DNA of 64,000 bases from an uncultured bacterium (GCA_964652255.1 CAZZBM010000001.1:530985-594984); one strand, 5' to 3'. Shown: positions 36,588-46,624, counted from the first letter of the stretch. The notes: generated by a model not told the origin, from the letters alone. A program made the numbers and translations.

Positions 36588-37190
36588 AAATCATGATTCC
36601 AAAGTTTTTTAATAAAATCATCTAATGAAAGAATAAAAAGATTTTCTGTTATTTTTCTAGAATGCTTTTCTAAGGAAACAACATAATCTTTTTTAAATGT
36701 TTTGTTGTGAAGATATTTTACAATAGTTTTTAATTCTTGAAAGGAAATGTGTTCTTTAGCTTTAATCTCTAGAGGAATTTCTTTATTTAAAATAAAATCA
36801 ATTTCTTCTTTTTGTAAAGTTCTAAAATGTTCTATAGATAAAGATCTGTTGAGGTAGCTTTTGTAACTAAAAAGTTCATTATAAATAAGATGCTCAAAAG
36901 AAAAACTAAATTCAGGTGTTTTTTGAACAATATTTTTTCTTTTGATTAAAGTATTAATCAAGCCTAAGTCAAAGAAAAAAAATGTAGAACTTTTAACAAG
37001 TTTTCTCGAAGAAGAATCAAAAAAAGGTAAAACTTCTTGGATAAGAAGAGTGTCCTTTAAAAGATCAAAATAATGATCAACAGTTGTTCTTTTGACTTGA
37101 GAATCATTAGCAAGAGAGCTAAATTCAATTAATTGTCCTGATGATAAAGCTGCACTGTTGTCATTTTTATTAATTATTTGACAATAAGAA
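36581..37190 (-). pseudogene. 5'-truncated remnant of a COG1373-type AAA+ ATPase (winged-helix + DUF4143 nuclease-like C-terminus)
   Basis: The open frame upstream of the track ORF reads SSGQLIEFSSLANDSQVKRTTVDHYFDLLKDTLLIQEVLPFFDSSSRKLVKSSTFFFFDLGLIN, followed by EEIDFILNKEIPLEIKAK. This pattern recalls DUF4143 proteins. No ATPase domain or start codon is present, and it abuts the neighbouring gene. Confidence 0.55.
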
Positions 37191-37197
37191 GATTTTT

Positions 37198-37689
37198 TTA
37201 CATTTTCCAGTCTTTTAAATTTAAAAGATATTTGGTTCCTCTTAAAAGCTTTTCAACTTGAGTTAAAGCGTAGAGCTCATAAATAAGAGCAATGAAAAGA
37301 GTGATCATATGACTTAAACTAAGTCCAAAATGGTAAAATCTAGGAAGAAGAGAAGCTCCTAGAAAAGAAGTTAAACTTAGAAGAGTGATATTAAGAAAAG
37401 TCCAAGAAAAAATTTTTTTTTGATGAACTTCTAATCTCTTTTGATTTCTAGAAATTTCTAGAAGATGATCCTGATAGTTTTCATCAATAGATTCAAAGGA
37501 TTCTTGAAAAAGTTTTTTTAATCCTAAAAAAAAGAAGAGAAGAAAAGCTTTAATAAAAAGAGTAATTAAGAAAGTAAAAATAGCAAAAAGAATATGATGA
37601 ATATTTATAAAGCCTAAGCCTGAAAAAAAAGTTAATAGATTAAGAATAAAAGAGAATATCAATAAACATTTTAATAAGTAAGAGACCAT
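37198..37689 (-). CDS. Hypothetical polytopic membrane protein
   Basis: Four predicted TM helices with a central charged loop. No motif. Confidence 0.5.
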   Translation of the reverse strand: MVSYLLKCLLIFSFILNLLTFFSGLGFINIHHILFAIFTFLITLFIKAFLLFFFLGLKKLFQESFESIDENYQDHLLEISRNQKRLEVHQKKIFSWTFLNITLLSLTSFLGASLLPRFYHFGLSLSHMITLFIALIYELYALTQVEKLLRGTKYLLNLKDWKM

Positions 37690-37725
37690 TGAGTTTTACC
37701 TTACCCTTTGTTAGGATCAAGATCA

Positions 37726-38451
37726 ATGTTTGGTAAGATTCTTATTCCTGTGATTCTTTTTCTTTTAGGTTATGGTTCTGTTCAATTATTTTCTGGTTTA
37801 TTTGAAGTTAAAAATGATTACAAGAGATGTTTGCAAGATCTTGCCTCTTCTCGTTTTGGAAATAAGTGGGTAGCTGCTTTTGAATTATCAAAAATTTTTC
37901 CTAAGATTGATCAAAAAGATTATCCTGATTTATTTCAAGAGATAGCTTCCTTAAAAGAATTAGATGAGAGGAGTGAGGTCTTTCTTACCCTAACGGTAGC
38001 TCAATTAAGATTAGAAGAAGCTAGGTCTTATTTAAAAAAGAGATTAAATTCTACTCATCCCGAAATAAGAATGTATGCTTTGTTGGGTTTAAGTTATCTT
38101 GATTTTCAAGATGAAGATTACTCGTCTTATTTTAATATTCACGATACTCATTATTTGCAAGCTCTGACTTACTATGTCTTACAAGGTTCAGTGGAAAAAT
38201 ATAGGTCTATAGCAGAAAAATTTTATCAAGAGAAAGAAAAAAGAAACTTAGCTTGTTTATTTTTTTTTAAACTAGGAGAAGATCTTTGTTTGAAAGAAAT
38301 TGAACTTTATCCCTTGGAGATGCAAAAAAATTTCATGAAAGCTATGAGTAAGACTCTTTATTCTTTAGTGGAAAGAGAAAAATTAGACCTTGCAGTTTTA
38401 GAGGTTCTCAGAAGTCTTGAAAAAGAACATCAATCTAAGCATACTAATTAA
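37726..38451 (+). CDS. Membrane-anchored helical-repeat protein (possibly HEAT-like) at the head of the Rieske/cyt b operon
   Basis: ATG at 37726 (the track TTG at 37708 is less likely). N-terminal TM MFGKILIPVILFLLGYG, then repeated helical pairs (HPEIRMYALLGLSYL). 3 nt before the Rieske gene. Confidence 0.45.
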   Translation: MFGKILIPVILFLLGYGSVQLFSGLFEVKNDYKRCLQDLASSRFGNKWVAAFELSKIFPKIDQKDYPDLFQEIASLKELDERSEVFLTLTVAQLRLEEARSYLKKRLNSTHPEIRMYALLGLSYLDFQDEDYSSYFNIHDTHYLQALTYYVLQGSVEKYRSIAEKFYQEKEKRNLACLFFFKLGEDLCLKEIELYPLEMQKNFMKAMSKTLYSLVEREKLDLAVLEVLRSLEKEHQSKHTN

Positions 38452-38454
38452 AGA

Positions 38455-38943
38455 ATGAAACATCTTTCAAGAAGAGGCTTTATTAAGCTCTTTTCTTTGG
38501 GTTTAATTTTTTTACTTGCTAGTTTATTAGGAATGTTTTCCTTCCTTTATCGCTATCTTTTTCCTAACTTAGTCATTGAACCTGAAATGATTTTTGTCGC
38601 AGGTTATCCTCAAGATTTTAAAGAAGGTGTAGATCTTAAATTTAGTTCTAGCCACGGAGTTTTTATCTATCGTCATGAAGGTCAAATTATTGCTTTATCA
38701 ACTATTTGTACCCATTTAGGTTGTGTTCCTGGTTGGTCTAAAGTGGAAGAAAAATTTAAATGTGCTTGTCATGGTTCTGGCTTTTATGCCAATGGCATTA
38801 ATTTTGAAGGACCAGCTCCAAGACCCCTAGAAAGATTTAAGATTAGTTTAAATGCAGAAGGTAAAATTTTAATTGATAAAACTAAAGTTTATCGTCATGA
38901 AAAAGGAGAATGGTCCTATCCAGGATCTTTTATTGAAGTATGA
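38455..38943 (+). CDS. petA: Rieske [2Fe-2S] subunit with a Tat signal
   Basis: Twin-arginine SRRGFIK. Cluster ligands CTHLGC and CACHGS. Confidence 0.88.
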   Translation: MKHLSRRGFIKLFSLGLIFLLASLLGMFSFLYRYLFPNLVIEPEMIFVAGYPQDFKEGVDLKFSSSHGVFIYRHEGQIIALSTICTHLGCVPGWSKVEEKFKCACHGSGFYANGINFEGPAPRPLERFKISLNAEGKILIDKTKVYRHEKGEWSYPGSFIEV

Positions 38944-39710
38944 ATTGGAAAAAAATTACTTCAACTCAAGTATGGAAATCTATTTTTAGAGTAGGTCCAC
39001 CAGATAATCCCAGAAATAGAGCTAGTCTGATCACAGGTAATGTCTTTCTTCACTTGCATCCCATTAAGTTAAAAAAATCTGGTGTTCAACTAGGCTATAC
39101 TTGGTGCATGGGAGGTTTAAGTTTTTTTCTTTTTTTAGCTTTAGCTCTCACAGGAGTACTCCTCATGTTTTACTATCGCCCTACAGCTGAATATGCCTAT
39201 AATGATATTATTGCTTTTAGAGAACATGTTCCTTTAGGCTTCTTAAGAGAGGTTCATCGCTGGGCAGCCCATGCTATGGTGATCACCGTTTGGATTCATA
39301 TGTTTAGAGTCTTTATGACAGGTTCTTATAAACCTCCTAGAGAATTTAATTGGGGAATAGGAGTCTTGTTACTTGTTTTTACTCTCTTACTTTCTTTTAC
39401 AGGTTATCTTCTCCCTTGGGATCAAATTGCTGTTTGGGGAATTACCGTAGGAGCTAATATGGCAAAATCAGTTCCTTTTTTAGGTCATTCTGGACCAGGA
39501 GCAAGTTTAGCTAAAATTGGAGATTTTGTTTTAGTTTCAGATAAAAGTGATGTCAGATTTGCTCTTTTAGGTGGTCGTTTTGTTGGGGAAGCAGCTTTAC
39601 TAAGATTTTATGTTCTTCATTGTGTTTTTATTCCTATGATTTTAGCTCTTTTAATTGCTGTTCATTTTTGGAGAGTTAGAAAAGATGGGGGAATTTCAGC
39701 TCCTTTATGA
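38940..39710 (+). CDS. petB: Cytochrome b, N-terminal (b6-like) four-helix subunit
   Basis: Haem-ligand His pairs in helices B and D (HRWAAHAMV...[13 protein letters not shown]...HFW). Confidence 0.88.
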   Translation: MNWKKITSTQVWKSIFRVGPPDNPRNRASLITGNVFLHLHPIKLKKSGVQLGYTWCMGGLSFFLFLALALTGVLLMFYYRPTAEYAYNDIIAFREHVPLGFLREVHRWAAHAMVITVWIHMFRVFMTGSYKPPREFNWGIGVLLLVFTLLLSFTGYLLPWDQIAVWGITVGANMAKSVPFLGHSGPGASLAKIGDFVLVSDKSDVRFALLGGRFVGEAALLRFYVLHCVFIPMILALLIAVHFWRVRKDGGISAPL

Positions 39711-40777
39711 AATCTTTAATTAATTTTTTAGCTTATCCGCAATATTCATTTACTCTTATTATTGGATTTTTTTTTTTCATTATTAAATATCCACAACATT
39801 TTGCTTCCATTAGGTTTCTTAAGATTACTTCTTCTTTGATTCTTCTTTTTTTTCTTTATCTTTGCTCAGATCCGAATTTTTTCAAGATTATTTCTTTAGC
39901 AGATAATGTGCCTATTCTTTTTTTAAATGGTTTATTCTTTTTTTTTCTCTGGTATTCTTTTTATAAAGCTCACAAAAATGATCAACGAACTACACAAGGT
40001 TTAGAACCCATAGAAGCTCTACCAGAAAACAGAGAAAAAGTTTGGGTGTGGCCACATCTTGTTTATGTAGAACTATTAGCGATGATGGGAGCTATTATAT
40101 TTCTTTTATTGTGGGCTTTATTTTTAAAAGCTCCTTTAGAAGAACCTGCTGATTTAAGTTGGGCACCTAATCCAGCGAAAGCCCCTTGGTATTTTCTAGG
40201 TCTTCAAGAAATGCTTGTTTATTTTGATCCTTGGATTGCTGGTATTTTAATTCCAGGGCTTATTGTTGTAGGACTTATTGCTATCCCCTATATTGATACC
40301 AATCCAAAGGGAAGTGGTTATTTTACTTTTAAAGAGAGAAAAACAGCTATTTCTATTTGGGTTTTTGGATGGTTGGTTCTTTGGGTTTATTTGATTCAAG
40401 TAGGGACTTTTTTAAGAGGACCCAATTGGACTTTTTATGGTCCCATGGAATATTGGGATAAACACAAAGTCGTGAGTGAAGCCAATGTAAACTTTTCAGA
40501 AGTTATTTGGATTAAACTTTTTAGACAACTTCTTCCTCAAAATCTTTTTCTAAGAGAACTTCCTGGTATTATTTTTGTGCTTTTATATATTTTAGGAGGA
40601 TATTTTTTAATTAAGAAAGTCTTTTCAGGAAAAGAACAGCAATTAGGTTCTATAAGATATAAAATTTTTGTTTTTTTACTCCTTATGTTAGGAAGTTTAC
40701 CTTTAAAAATGTACTTAAGATGGTTGTTTAATCTTAAATACATTATTGCTCTTCCTGAATTAGAATTAAGTATATGA
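39707..40777 (+). CDS. Cytochrome b C-terminal (subunit IV-like) protein with extra TM helices
   Basis: [17 protein letters not shown] is the P-x-W-Y-F motif of the cytochrome b C-terminal half. Extended on both sides by additional TM helices. Confidence 0.8.
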   Translation: MKSLINFLAYPQYSFTLIIGFFFFIIKYPQHFASIRFLKITSSLILLFFLYLCSDPNFFKIISLADNVPILFLNGLFFFFLWYSFYKAHKNDQRTTQGLEPIEALPENREKVWVWPHLVYVELLAMMGAIIFLLLWALFLKAPLEEPADLSWAPNPAKAPWYFLGLQEMLVYFDPWIAGILIPGLIVVGLIAIPYIDTNPKGSGYFTFKERKTAISIWVFGWLVLWVYLIQVGTFLRGPNWTFYGPMEYWDKHKVVSEANVNFSEVIWIKLFRQLLPQNLFLRELPGIIFVLLYILGGYFLIKKVFSGKEQQLGSIRYKIFVFLLLMLGSLPLKMYLRWLFNLKYIIALPELELSI

Positions 40778-43515
40778 AAGAACCTGGGTTTGATTTAAAA
40801 AAACTTCATAAAGTCTTTTTTACTCTTTCTATTGCATTGTTCACTGTTCTTGTAGGATCCTTTTTAGGAGATTATTTTAAACCTTGGAGAAGTTTTCAGG
40901 TTAAAGCTCTAGAAATAGAGAAAAATATTTTGCAAGATCGACTCTTAGAACAAGATAAAAATTTGGATAAAAATATTCTAGAAGAATTAGATCAATCTTA
41001 TCATAAAGAAAAACAAAATGTTGCGAGAAAACAAGGAAAAATTCAAGAATTACAAAAAGAAATTCGTTTTATTGATGGAGAAATTTTACCTTTAAACTCT
41101 TCTTTATCAAAATCTTCTTCTGAGCTTAATGCTTTAATTTTTCAGTATGAAGCTAGTGGTTCCAAGGATGCAAAGCTTTTAAAGAAAATAGAAGAGAGAA
41201 GAGAAGTTGTTTCTCTGACTAAAGATAAAATAAAACTTTTAGAAGAGAAAAAAAAAGATTTTTTACAAGAGCAAAAAAATATCACTCAAGAATTAGTTAA
41301 AATAGAAAAAGCTCAAGAAGAATTTTTAGCTCAACAAAAAAGAACTAGCCAAGCTTTGGAAAAAACAGAACAAAATTTTATTTGGTTGCTAAGAAATGCT
41401 CCTTTTTTAGATTATATAGATCCTACAATCAAACCAGATCAATTAGTGTTAAAAAATTTAAAACAAGATTTTTATTTTGCCTCTACCTTTGTGGTAGATA
41501 CTTGTAAAACTTGCCATGTTTTTATTGATAAAAAAGGGTTTGAAAAACAAGAACAACCTTATAAAACTCATTCTCAGCTAGGAATTTTAGTAGGAGAAGG
41601 AAGTCCACATTCTTTTAAAGAGTTTGGATGTACCACTTGTCATGAGGGTAATGGTAGAAAATTTCATGAATTTAATGCACCAGCTCATAGACCTCAAAAT
41701 GAAGAACAAAAAAAAGAATGGGAAAGAAAATATGCTTTTAAAGAATCTCATCATGAGCCTTACCCCATGCTCCCTTTGCAGTTCACTGAAGCTTCTTGCC
41801 AAAAATGTCATAGTGAAGAAGTGAGAGTTACTGGAGCTAATAAACTCAACGAAGGAAAACATTTAGTAGAAACAGCTGGGTGTTATGCTTGTCATGAAAT
41901 TAAAAATTTTCATTTTATGCCTAAAGTTGGTCCTAACTTAGATCATCTTCCCTCTAAGATGAGTAAAGATTATCTCTTAAGTTGGATTTATTATCCGCAT
42001 AATCTTAATCCTAAATCACGCATGCCTGCTTTTTTTAATTTAAGTAATCAAAAAGATAGTCAACAATTTAACCTTGTTGAAGTCCATTCTATGGGTGAAT
42101 ATCTTTGGAAAAAATCAACTGAAAAAAAACCACTTTTATTCTATAAAAAAGGATCTAAAGAAAAAGGACAAGAACTTTTTAAAAGTATTGGTTGTTTAGC
42201 CTGTCATCAAGCACCTCAAGAAGAAGTTTCTTTAGCAAAAAGAGGTCCTTATCTTTTTGCTCCAGGATCAAAATTAAATCCTGATTGGTTAGTGTCTTGG
42301 ATTAAAAATCCCAAATATTATAATGCTAAAACAATTATGCCATCCTTTCGGTTAAAGGATGATGAAATACAAGATCTTGCTACTTATCTTTTAAGTTTAA
42401 AAAGTTCTTTAGTAGAAGAGACAAAATTAGATTCTTATCAAGAGCAATCTTTAGATCAACTTGTTCTTTATTATTTAAAAGAATTTGCTTCCAGTGAAAG
42501 AGCTCAAAAAAATCTTTTAAAAATGAATAAAGAAGAAAAATTGGATTATTTAGCTCTTAAATCTATTCAAAAATATGGTTGTTATTCCTGTCATGAACTC
42601 TCTTTTATGGATAAAGATATTCCTGGGATAGGACCAGAATTAAATAAAATAGGAGAAAAACCTCTTTCACAATTAGGTTTTGGAACACAAAAGATTGAAC
42701 ACTCAAGACAAGCTTGGTTAAAAGAACATCTTCTCAATCCTAGAATTTGGGATGAAGGAGTTCCTTCTCTTTTTAAAGATAGAAAAAAAATGCCAAAGTT
42801 TTTCTTTACTGAACAAGAAGCTGATAAAATCGTCACCTTTCTTTTAGGATTAAAAAAATCTAATGGAGAAAAAAAATTATCTGATCGTGAAAAATTAGTA
42901 GAAGAAGGTCGTCAAGAAATGATGCAAAAAAATTGTTATTCTTGTCATAAAATTGCAGGTCATGGTGGAGATATTCTTCCACTTTATGAAGAAGATGAAA
43001 ATTTAGGTCCACCTTGGCTAGTTCAAGAGGGAGCAAGAGTGAAGAGTTCTTGGTTGTATGAATTTCTAGATCAAGTCAGTATCATTAGACCGAATATAAA
43101 AGTAAAAATGCCTAGTTATGATCTCTCCCATGAATCTAAAATGAAAATTATTAAAGGCTTTGAAGCAGAAGCTAAAGTTGATTTTTTAACCAATCCTTTA
43201 GATAACAAAGTGAGTTTAACTCCTGAAGAAAATCTAGCAGTCAATAAAATGATGAATGAACTCATTTGCGTGACTTGTCACACTCAAGGTTTTAATCAAA
43301 GTCCAGCTAAAGCTCCTGATTTAAAACTTTCAGCAAAAAGATTAAGAAGAGATTGGATTAAAGACTGGATGAGGCATCCTCAAAAGTATCTTCCTTACAC
43401 TTCTATGCCTAATTTTTGGGAAGAAGGTCAATCTACTACTGTAGATTATCTAAATAAAGATCCTAATGAACAATTAGAAGCTTTTACAAAATGGATTATA
43501 AATTATGGTCAGTAA
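40774..43515 (+). CDS. Membrane-anchored octahaem c-type cytochrome with an N-terminal coiled coil
   Basis: Eight CxxCH motifs (CKTCH, CTTCH, CQKCH, CYACH, CLACH, CYSCH, CYSCH, CVTCH). An N-terminal TM helix is followed by ~200 aa rich in Lys/Glu/Leu heptads. Confidence 0.85.
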   Translation: MKEPGFDLKKLHKVFFTLSIALFTVLVGSFLGDYFKPWRSFQVKALEIEKNILQDRLLEQDKNLDKNILEELDQSYHKEKQNVARKQGKIQELQKEIRFIDGEILPLNSSLSKSSSELNALIFQYEASGSKDAKLLKKIEERREVVSLTKDKIKLLEEKKKDFLQEQKNITQELVKIEKAQEEFLAQQKRTSQALEKTEQNFIWLLRNAPFLDYIDPTIKPDQLVLKNLKQDFYFASTFVVDTCKTCHVFIDKKGFEKQEQPYKTHSQLGILVGEGSPHSFKEFGCTTCHEGNGRKFHEFNAPAHRPQNEEQKKEWERKYAFKESHHEPYPMLPLQFTEASCQKCHSEEVRVTGANKLNEGKHLVETAGCYACHEIKNFHFMPKVGPNLDHLPSKMSKDYLLSWIYYPHNLNPKSRMPAFFNLSNQKDSQQFNLVEVHSMGEYLWKKSTEKKPLLFYKKGSKEKGQELFKSIGCLACHQAPQEEVSLAKRGPYLFAPGSKLNPDWLVSWIKNPKYYNAKTIMPSFRLKDDEIQDLATYLLSLKSSLVEETKLDSYQEQSLDQLVLYYLKEFASSERAQKNLLKMNKEEKLDYLALKSIQKYGCYSCHELSFMDKDIPGIGPELNKIGEKPLSQLGFGTQKIEHSRQAWLKEHLLNPRIWDEGVPSLFKDRKKMPKFFFTEQEADKIVTFLLGLKKSNGEKKLSDREKLVEEGRQEMMQKNCYSCHKIAGHGGDILPLYEEDENLGPPWLVQEGARVKSSWLYEFLDQVSIIRPNIKVKMPSYDLSHESKMKIIKGFEAEAKVDFLTNPLDNKVSLTPEENLAVNKMMNELICVTCHTQGFNQSPAKAPDLKLSAKRLRRDWIKDWMRHPQKYLPYTSMPNFWEEGQSTTVDYLNKDPNEQLEAFTKWIINYGQ

Positions 43516-44071
43516 AGATTATCCTCTTAAAACAGCCATGTGGCTATTTTTAATTACTGATGCACTTACCTTTGGTACCTTTTTAATTGGTTATGGAGCC
43601 TACCGAGCTCAATTAGAGTGGCCATCACCGGTGAAGTATTTGGGAATTGAACTTTCAGCTTTAGCCACTTTTATTTTAATTTGTAGTTCAGTGTCTATGG
43701 TTTTTACTATTGATGATTGTCGACAAAAAAACAAGTCTGGAATGTTGCTTTGGTTGTTGTTAACCATCTTAGGAGGAGTGATTTTTTTAGGTATTCAAGC
43801 TTATGAATATACTCATCTCATTCAATCAGGGATGACTTTTAATCATTTTGATCATGGAACAAGTTTATTTGCGACAACTTTTTATGCCATTACAGGATTT
43901 CATGGGTTGCACGTATTAACGGGAGTGATCTATCTTTTAGTTCTTTATATTAAAGCTTTTCAAGGAAAATACGATCAAGCCCAGTATGAAGAACTAGAAG
44001 TTGCTGGTTTGTTTTGGCACTTTGTTGATTTAGTTTGGATTTTAGTTTTTACTTTTATTTATTTATTATGA
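43505..44071 (+). CDS. ctaE: Haem-copper oxidase subunit III
   Basis: Five TM helices. C-terminal FWHFVDLVWILVFTFIY signature. The start overlaps the octahaem gene by 11 nt. Confidence 0.85.
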   Translation: MVSKDYPLKTAMWLFLITDALTFGTFLIGYGAYRAQLEWPSPVKYLGIELSALATFILICSSVSMVFTIDDCRQKNKSGMLLWLLLTILGGVIFLGIQAYEYTHLIQSGMTFNHFDHGTSLFATTFYAITGFHGLHVLTGVIYLLVLYIKAFQGKYDQAQYEELEVAGLFWHFVDLVWILVFTFIYLL

Positions 44072-44208
44072 ACTTTTTATTTGCTTGTCCTAATTGTGCT
44101 AATAGTCCAGGATCTGGAGATCAAACTTTTCTTATTGTTTTTATTTTTATTCTTTGTACTTATTTTCCCATAAGTTATTGTTTTTATCTTTTAAAAAAAT
44201 TTAAGTGA
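44068..44208 (+). CDS. Small CxxC + TM protein (46 aa), ATGA-coupled to coxIII
   Basis: MNFLFACPNCANSPGSGDQTFLIVFIFILCTYFPISYCFYLLKKFK. Below the track cutoff. The start overlaps the coxIII stop. Confidence 0.35.
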   Translation: MNFLFACPNCANSPGSGDQTFLIVFIFILCTYFPISYCFYLLKKFK

Positions 44209-44233
44209 GAGTTTTTTTTTATCTCTCACTTAA
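44200..44233. terminator. Hairpin between convergent genes (ttaagtgagagt / atctctcacttaa, T-rich loop)
   Basis: 12-bp stem read directly. Flanked by A/T runs on both sides. Confidence 0.55.
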
Positions 44234-44246
44234 AAATTAAGATGAC

Positions 44247-44966
44247 TTATTGATTTAATGTAATTTTAAATTTTAACTCAGCAAGTTTTTGAGATGTATC
44301 AGAGCAGTTTTTAGTGACTCTTATTTTTCCTTTAACAACTATTGTACATGGATTATTTGTTCCAAGATCTTCTTCATCAGGGTTGGTGTCATTTGTTGGC
44401 ACCCCTTGAATAAAAACATCACTTAATTGCTGTGGAGTGATAAGATTTTGAAGTCCTAATTGAGTAAAGTACTCAGATAAAATAACTAAAAGATGATCAT
44501 ATAAAGATAAAGTCAAATTATTATCTTTTGGATCAGGAATAGTAGGACATTCTTGAGAGCTAATAAATTTTTGAAAATTACTAACTTGTTGTGTAAGATC
44601 ATCATAATTTATGTTTTCTAAGTTTTGGGAAAAAAGAGAAGTAATAAAAGTCATGAGAGTGGTTATGTTAGAAAGAGGATAATTTGGAGAAGAGTCAGAG
44701 TAAGTTGTTGAAATTTGAGAAAAAAAAGTATTTAAATTATTACTTAAAGTCTGATCATTTAGATTATCTATGAGTGTTTGTCTTAAGGTTAAAGCATTAT
44801 TAACAATAACTTCAGCAGGATAATAAATATAATTTGAATGATCTGGTGTTAACATCAGAACAACGAGTTTTTTCATCTCTGAATACATTGAGTTATAGGT
44901 CTCATTATTTTCAGCAAAAACTTTTATTGGCAATAGTAAAGTCATTAGAAATAGAAATTTTTTCAT
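44247..44966 (-). CDS. Secreted hypothetical protein, antisense insert in the respiratory cluster
   Basis: Perfect Shine-Dalgarno AAGGAGA 5 nt before the ATG. Signal peptide MKKFLFLMTLLLPIKVFA/EN. Asn/Ser/Thr/Leu-rich with four Cys in the C-terminal half. Confidence 0.55.
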   Translation of the reverse strand: MKKFLFLMTLLLPIKVFAENNETYNSMYSEMKKLVVLMLTPDHSNYIYYPAEVIVNNALTLRQTLIDNLNDQTLSNNLNTFFSQISTTYSDSSPNYPLSNITTLMTFITSLFSQNLENINYDDLTQQVSNFQKFISSQECPTIPDPKDNNLTLSLYDHLLVILSEYFTQLGLQNLITPQQLSDVFIQGVPTNDTNPDEEDLGTNNPCTIVVKGKIRVTKNCSDTSQKLAELKFKITLNQ

Positions 44967-45066
44967 AGAATTCTCCTTTTTTGATTACTATTATTTTGGG
45001 AAAAAAAATCTTTGTCTAGTAAAAAATCAAGTTTTTATCAAAAGATTTTTAGAGTATAGATAAGTT

Positions 45067-45864
45067 ATGCAAATTTTTTGGATTTCAGCTTCTTTAATTA
45101 TTTTTATCATGATTACTTTGGGGGGAGTGGTCCATAATATGGGAGCAAGTTTAGCTTGTCCTGATTGGCCACTGTGCTTTAATGAGTTTTTTCCTAAGAT
45201 GGAAGGTTTAGTAGCTATTGAACATAGTCATAGATTACTAGGAGCTTTTATAGGAATGATGTTTGTGGGGCTTAATATTTATAAGTTTAGTAGAAAGCAT
45301 TTGATGTTATTAACTTTAGTGATTTTACAAGGTGTTTTTGGTGGAGTGACTGTTTTATTGCAACTGTCAACTTTATTTTCTACTTTACACTTAACACTTT
45401 CATTAGTGTTTTTTTTCTTGGTTTTTAGAGAAATTGAGTGGAATTTAACACCTGAACAAAGTTCTAGAAGACTTTGGCAGGTGATCTTTGTTTTAGTTTT
45501 TGTTCAAGTGGTTTATGGAGCTTTAATGAGACATCTAGGTCTTGGTCTTGCCTGTGGTGGAGGCTTAAATCAATTTATTTTTTACTGTGATTTTGTAGCA
45601 GAAGAAGTGAAAGGATATCTTCATTTAATTCATCGTTATTATGGATATTTTTTATTTTTATTCCTAGTATTTGTCACTTATAAAGAAAGAAAATTAAGTT
45701 TTTTTTATAAACTACCTTTGATAGTGACTTTTTTTCAGGTTTTATTAGGGGTAGTAACTATTATTACTTATATTAGTCCCACTTGGACAACATTACATCT
45801 AATGGTAGCTGTTGTTCTTCTTTGTGTTCTTTTTCTAGGAATAAAAAAGAGTTTCCGTGATTAA
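45067..45864 (+). CDS. ctaA: Haem A synthase (CtaA/COX15 family)
   Basis: Eight TM helices. Conserved His in EHSHRLLG and HLIHRYYG, and a Cys pair CPDWPLC. Adjacent to ctaB. Confidence 0.75.
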   Translation: MQIFWISASLIIFIMITLGGVVHNMGASLACPDWPLCFNEFFPKMEGLVAIEHSHRLLGAFIGMMFVGLNIYKFSRKHLMLLTLVILQGVFGGVTVLLQLSTLFSTLHLTLSLVFFFLVFREIEWNLTPEQSSRRLWQVIFVLVFVQVVYGALMRHLGLGLACGGGLNQFIFYCDFVAEEVKGYLHLIHRYYGYFLFLFLVFVTYKERKLSFFYKLPLIVTFFQVLLGVVTIITYISPTWTTLHLMVAVVLLCVLFLGIKKSFRD

Positions 45865-46624
45865 AGCCTTTTTGATAGTCAGTAAAGCTAGATTAAATCT
45901 TTCAGTGCTCATGAGTTACGCTTTTGGATTATTTTTAACGGACAAGGAAAAAATCTATTCTCTTATAGGGGCTTTTTTAGTTTTATCTAGTGCTTCTTTA
46001 AGCAATGTTTTAATAGAAAAAAAAGAAGATGCAATGATGTTAAGAACAAAAAAAAGAAAAGATTATTTAAAAATCTTTTCTTTTTGGTGGTTTGTTGTCT
46101 TTCTTCTTTTTATAGGTGGTTGTTTCTTAACTCCTCAAAGAGATACTCTATTATTTTTTATTTTAGGTTTTATTTTTTATGTGGGAATTTACACTCCTTT
46201 AAAAAAGATGACTCCTTTAGCTTTATACATAGGAACTATACCAGGAGCTATTCCCGCTTTTGCTGGAGCTTATCCCAATCCTTGGGCTTATTACTTGTTT
46301 GTTTTGTTGGTTTTTTGGCAAATTCCTCACTTTCTTGCTTTAAGTCTTCTTTATAAAAAAGATTATGAAAAAGCTCATTTTAGAGTTCATTCTGTTATTT
46401 ATGGAGAGAGAAAAACAAGAAAAATTTTAGAATTTTTTTTGATCATTTTTTTTATAGTGACTATGAGTGTTTTTATTAAAAGTTGGCTTTATTTAACTTT
46501 AACTTTTTTATTTAATCTTGTCTTGTTTTTAATTTATAAAAAAAATATGAGATATTTTTTTTTAATGACTTTAATTTATCTTCCTTTGTTTTTTATTCCT
46601 TTATTTTTCTATATTAAAAATTAA
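45857..46624 (+). CDS. ctaB: Protohaem IX farnesyltransferase (haem O synthase)
   Basis: UbiA-type polytopic protein with a GTG start. Motifs YTPLKKMTP and WQIPHFLALS. Confidence 0.8.
   Translation: MIKAFLIVSKARLNLSVLMSYAFGLFLTDKEKIYSLIGAFLVLSSASLSNVLIEKKEDAMMLRTKKRKDYLKIFSFWWFVVFLLFIGGCFLTPQRDTLLFFILGFIFYVGIYTPLKKMTPLALYIGTIPGAIPAFAGAYPNPWAYYLFVLLVFWQIPHFLALSLLYKKDYEKAHFRVHSVIYGERKTRKILEFFLIIFFIVTMSVFIKSWLYLTLTFLFNLVLFLIYKKNMRYFFLMTLIYLPLFFIPLFFYIKN

Noticed and set aside
40537-40743. 68-aa ORF antisense to the cytochrome b C-terminal subunit gene
   Set aside because: Nested antisense ORF.
41587-41862. Two ORFs (41587-41862 minus strand, 41624-41824 plus strand off-frame) inside the octahaem cytochrome gene
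   Set aside because: The annotated frame carries CxxCH motifs through this segment. The alternatives are off-frame or antisense.
42591-42836. 81-aa ORF antisense to the octahaem cytochrome gene
   Set aside because: Nested antisense ORF.
46084-46356. 90-aa off-frame ORF inside ctaB
   Set aside because: Same strand, different frame from a polytopic UbiA-type protein. Cys/Ser/Phe-rich junk translation.
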